Position numbers and translations under genes: made by a program. The notes under the pieces were generated by a model. That model was not told where the DNA came from. It made no database searches and saw only the letters and a program-made list of their open reading frames with translations. This document shows, piece after piece, positions 63,513-64,000 of a stretch of 64,000 nt of DNA. Each line of letters begins with the position of its first letter. Within the stretch, counting starts at the first letter, position 1. This DNA is from Alphaproteobacteria bacterium (GTDB lineage Bacteria; Pseudomonadota; Alphaproteobacteria; DATDPM01): contig JBGQJC010000001.1 in NCBI GenBank assembly GCA_041498815.1, positions 49,773 to 113,772 on the forward strand. The letters run 5' to 3'.

Positions 63513-64000
63513 TCGCTCCCTTCCCTTCCGCCTTCGCCCGATGGCTTGCGCGGACCGGCGCCGTTTTCGCCCGGGCCGGTTCCGCCATTCGGCCCGGCTT
63601 CGTTTTCCGGCCCGTTGTTTTCGCCCAAACCGCCTTCCGTCCGGTTGTTTTCGTCCGGGCCGGTTTCCGTCCCGGTGCTTTCGCCCAAACCGGTTTCCGT
63701 CCCGGTGCCGTTGCCGGGGGTGCCGTTTTCGGGCTCGGCTTCAACCGGATCGCCTTCATCGGCAAGACGGGTGACGGAGACCACGCGCTCGGCCTCGGCG
63801 ACCTTGAACAGGATCACGCCCTGGGTCTGGCGGCGCGCGATGCGGATGTCGTGCACCGGGCAGCGGATGATCTGGCCGCCGTCCGTCACCAGCATGACCT
63901 GATCCTTGGCCGCCACCGGAAAGGCCGCGACCACCGGGCCGGTGCGGTTGGTGAGCTCCATGTTGGCGATGCCCTTCCCGCCGCGATTGGTGATCCGGTA
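63509..64000 (-). CDS. gyrA: DNA gyrase subunit A, C-terminal end (gene continues beyond the 3' edge of the window)
   Basis: GyrA C-terminal beta-pinwheel blade (QVMLVTDGGQIIRCPVHDIRIARRQTQGVILFKV) followed by an acidic Gly/Glu/Thr-rich tail. ATGA overlap with coaD. Confidence 0.85.
   Translation of the reverse strand, partial: YRITNRGGKGIANMELTNRTGPVVAAFPVAAKDQVMLVTDGGQIIRCPVHDIRIARRQTQGVILFKVAEAERVVSVTRLADEGDPVEAEPENGTPGNGTGTETGLGESTGTETGPDENNRTEGGLGENNGPENEAGPNGGTGPGENGAGPRKPSGEGGREGSE
63540..63730. repeat. imperfect tandem repeats encoding the low-complexity acidic GyrA tail
   Basis: Reiterated ccggtttccgtcccggtgc / ttttcgcccaaaccg units. Confidence 0.5.

Noticed and set aside
62407-63765. 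452-aa ORF with repeated GRKPVWAK units overlapping coaD and gyrA
   Set aside because: The repeat is the reverse-frame reading of the GyrA tail repeat. coaD and gyrA are clearly the real genes.
1-64000. CRISPR arrays, rRNA genes and IS elements
   Set aside because: No regularly spaced short repeats with unique spacers, no rRNA-like conserved blocks and no terminal inverted repeats flanking a transposase were seen.

Overview
This is a high-GC bacterial chromosomal segment whose gene content and context look alphaproteobacterial (Rhodospirillales-like), with obvious housekeeping anchors: mfd, recG, sdhE, cspA, coaD and the 3' end of gyrA. Between them lie many signalling genes (a PAS histidine kinase, REC, hybrid kinases, a CBS-sensor kinase, a multidomain class-III adenylate cyclase, a PleD-like regulator with a degenerate GGDEF), a split macA/macB efflux system, and an alkylresorcinol-type locus (type III PKS plus ICMT-family methyltransferase) convergent with malonyl-CoA decarboxylase and L-asparaginase II. 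There is also an exopolysaccharide-modification locus (SGNH/carbamoyltransferase/DUF5989/SxtJ, and SGNH/MBOAT). Two tRNA genes are present, tRNA-Ser(UGA) and tRNA-Lys(UUU), and both carry signs of site-specific integration. A low-GC one-gene islet downstream of tRNA-Ser is closed by a 16-bp direct repeat of the tRNA 3' end. A roughly 6-kb AT-richer stretch next to tRNA-Lys is partitioned by four direct repeats of a lipoprotein gene's 3' end, plus a partial tRNA-Lys copy, into cassettes. These cassettes carry DUF2933/ICMT, CBS, a higB remnant with intact higA, a GIY-YIG nuclease, and small lipoproteins. The most unusual locus is at 0.6-5.3 kb. There a radical-SAM/SPASM enzyme, a secreted subtilisin (S8) protease and a sensor kinase are co-oriented with two divergently arranged paralogous small secreted proteins that share a conserved Trp/Cys/acidic motif. 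This looks like a candidate cross-link maturation system, comparable in logic to QhpC/QhpD/QhpE. A second candidate system is a translationally coupled patatin / cytoplasmic M4-like metalloprotease / MBL-hydrolase cassette downstream of a phosphorelay cluster. No CRISPR arrays, rRNA, transposases or integrases were seen. Many long antisense ORFs in the six-frame track are GC-driven artefacts.
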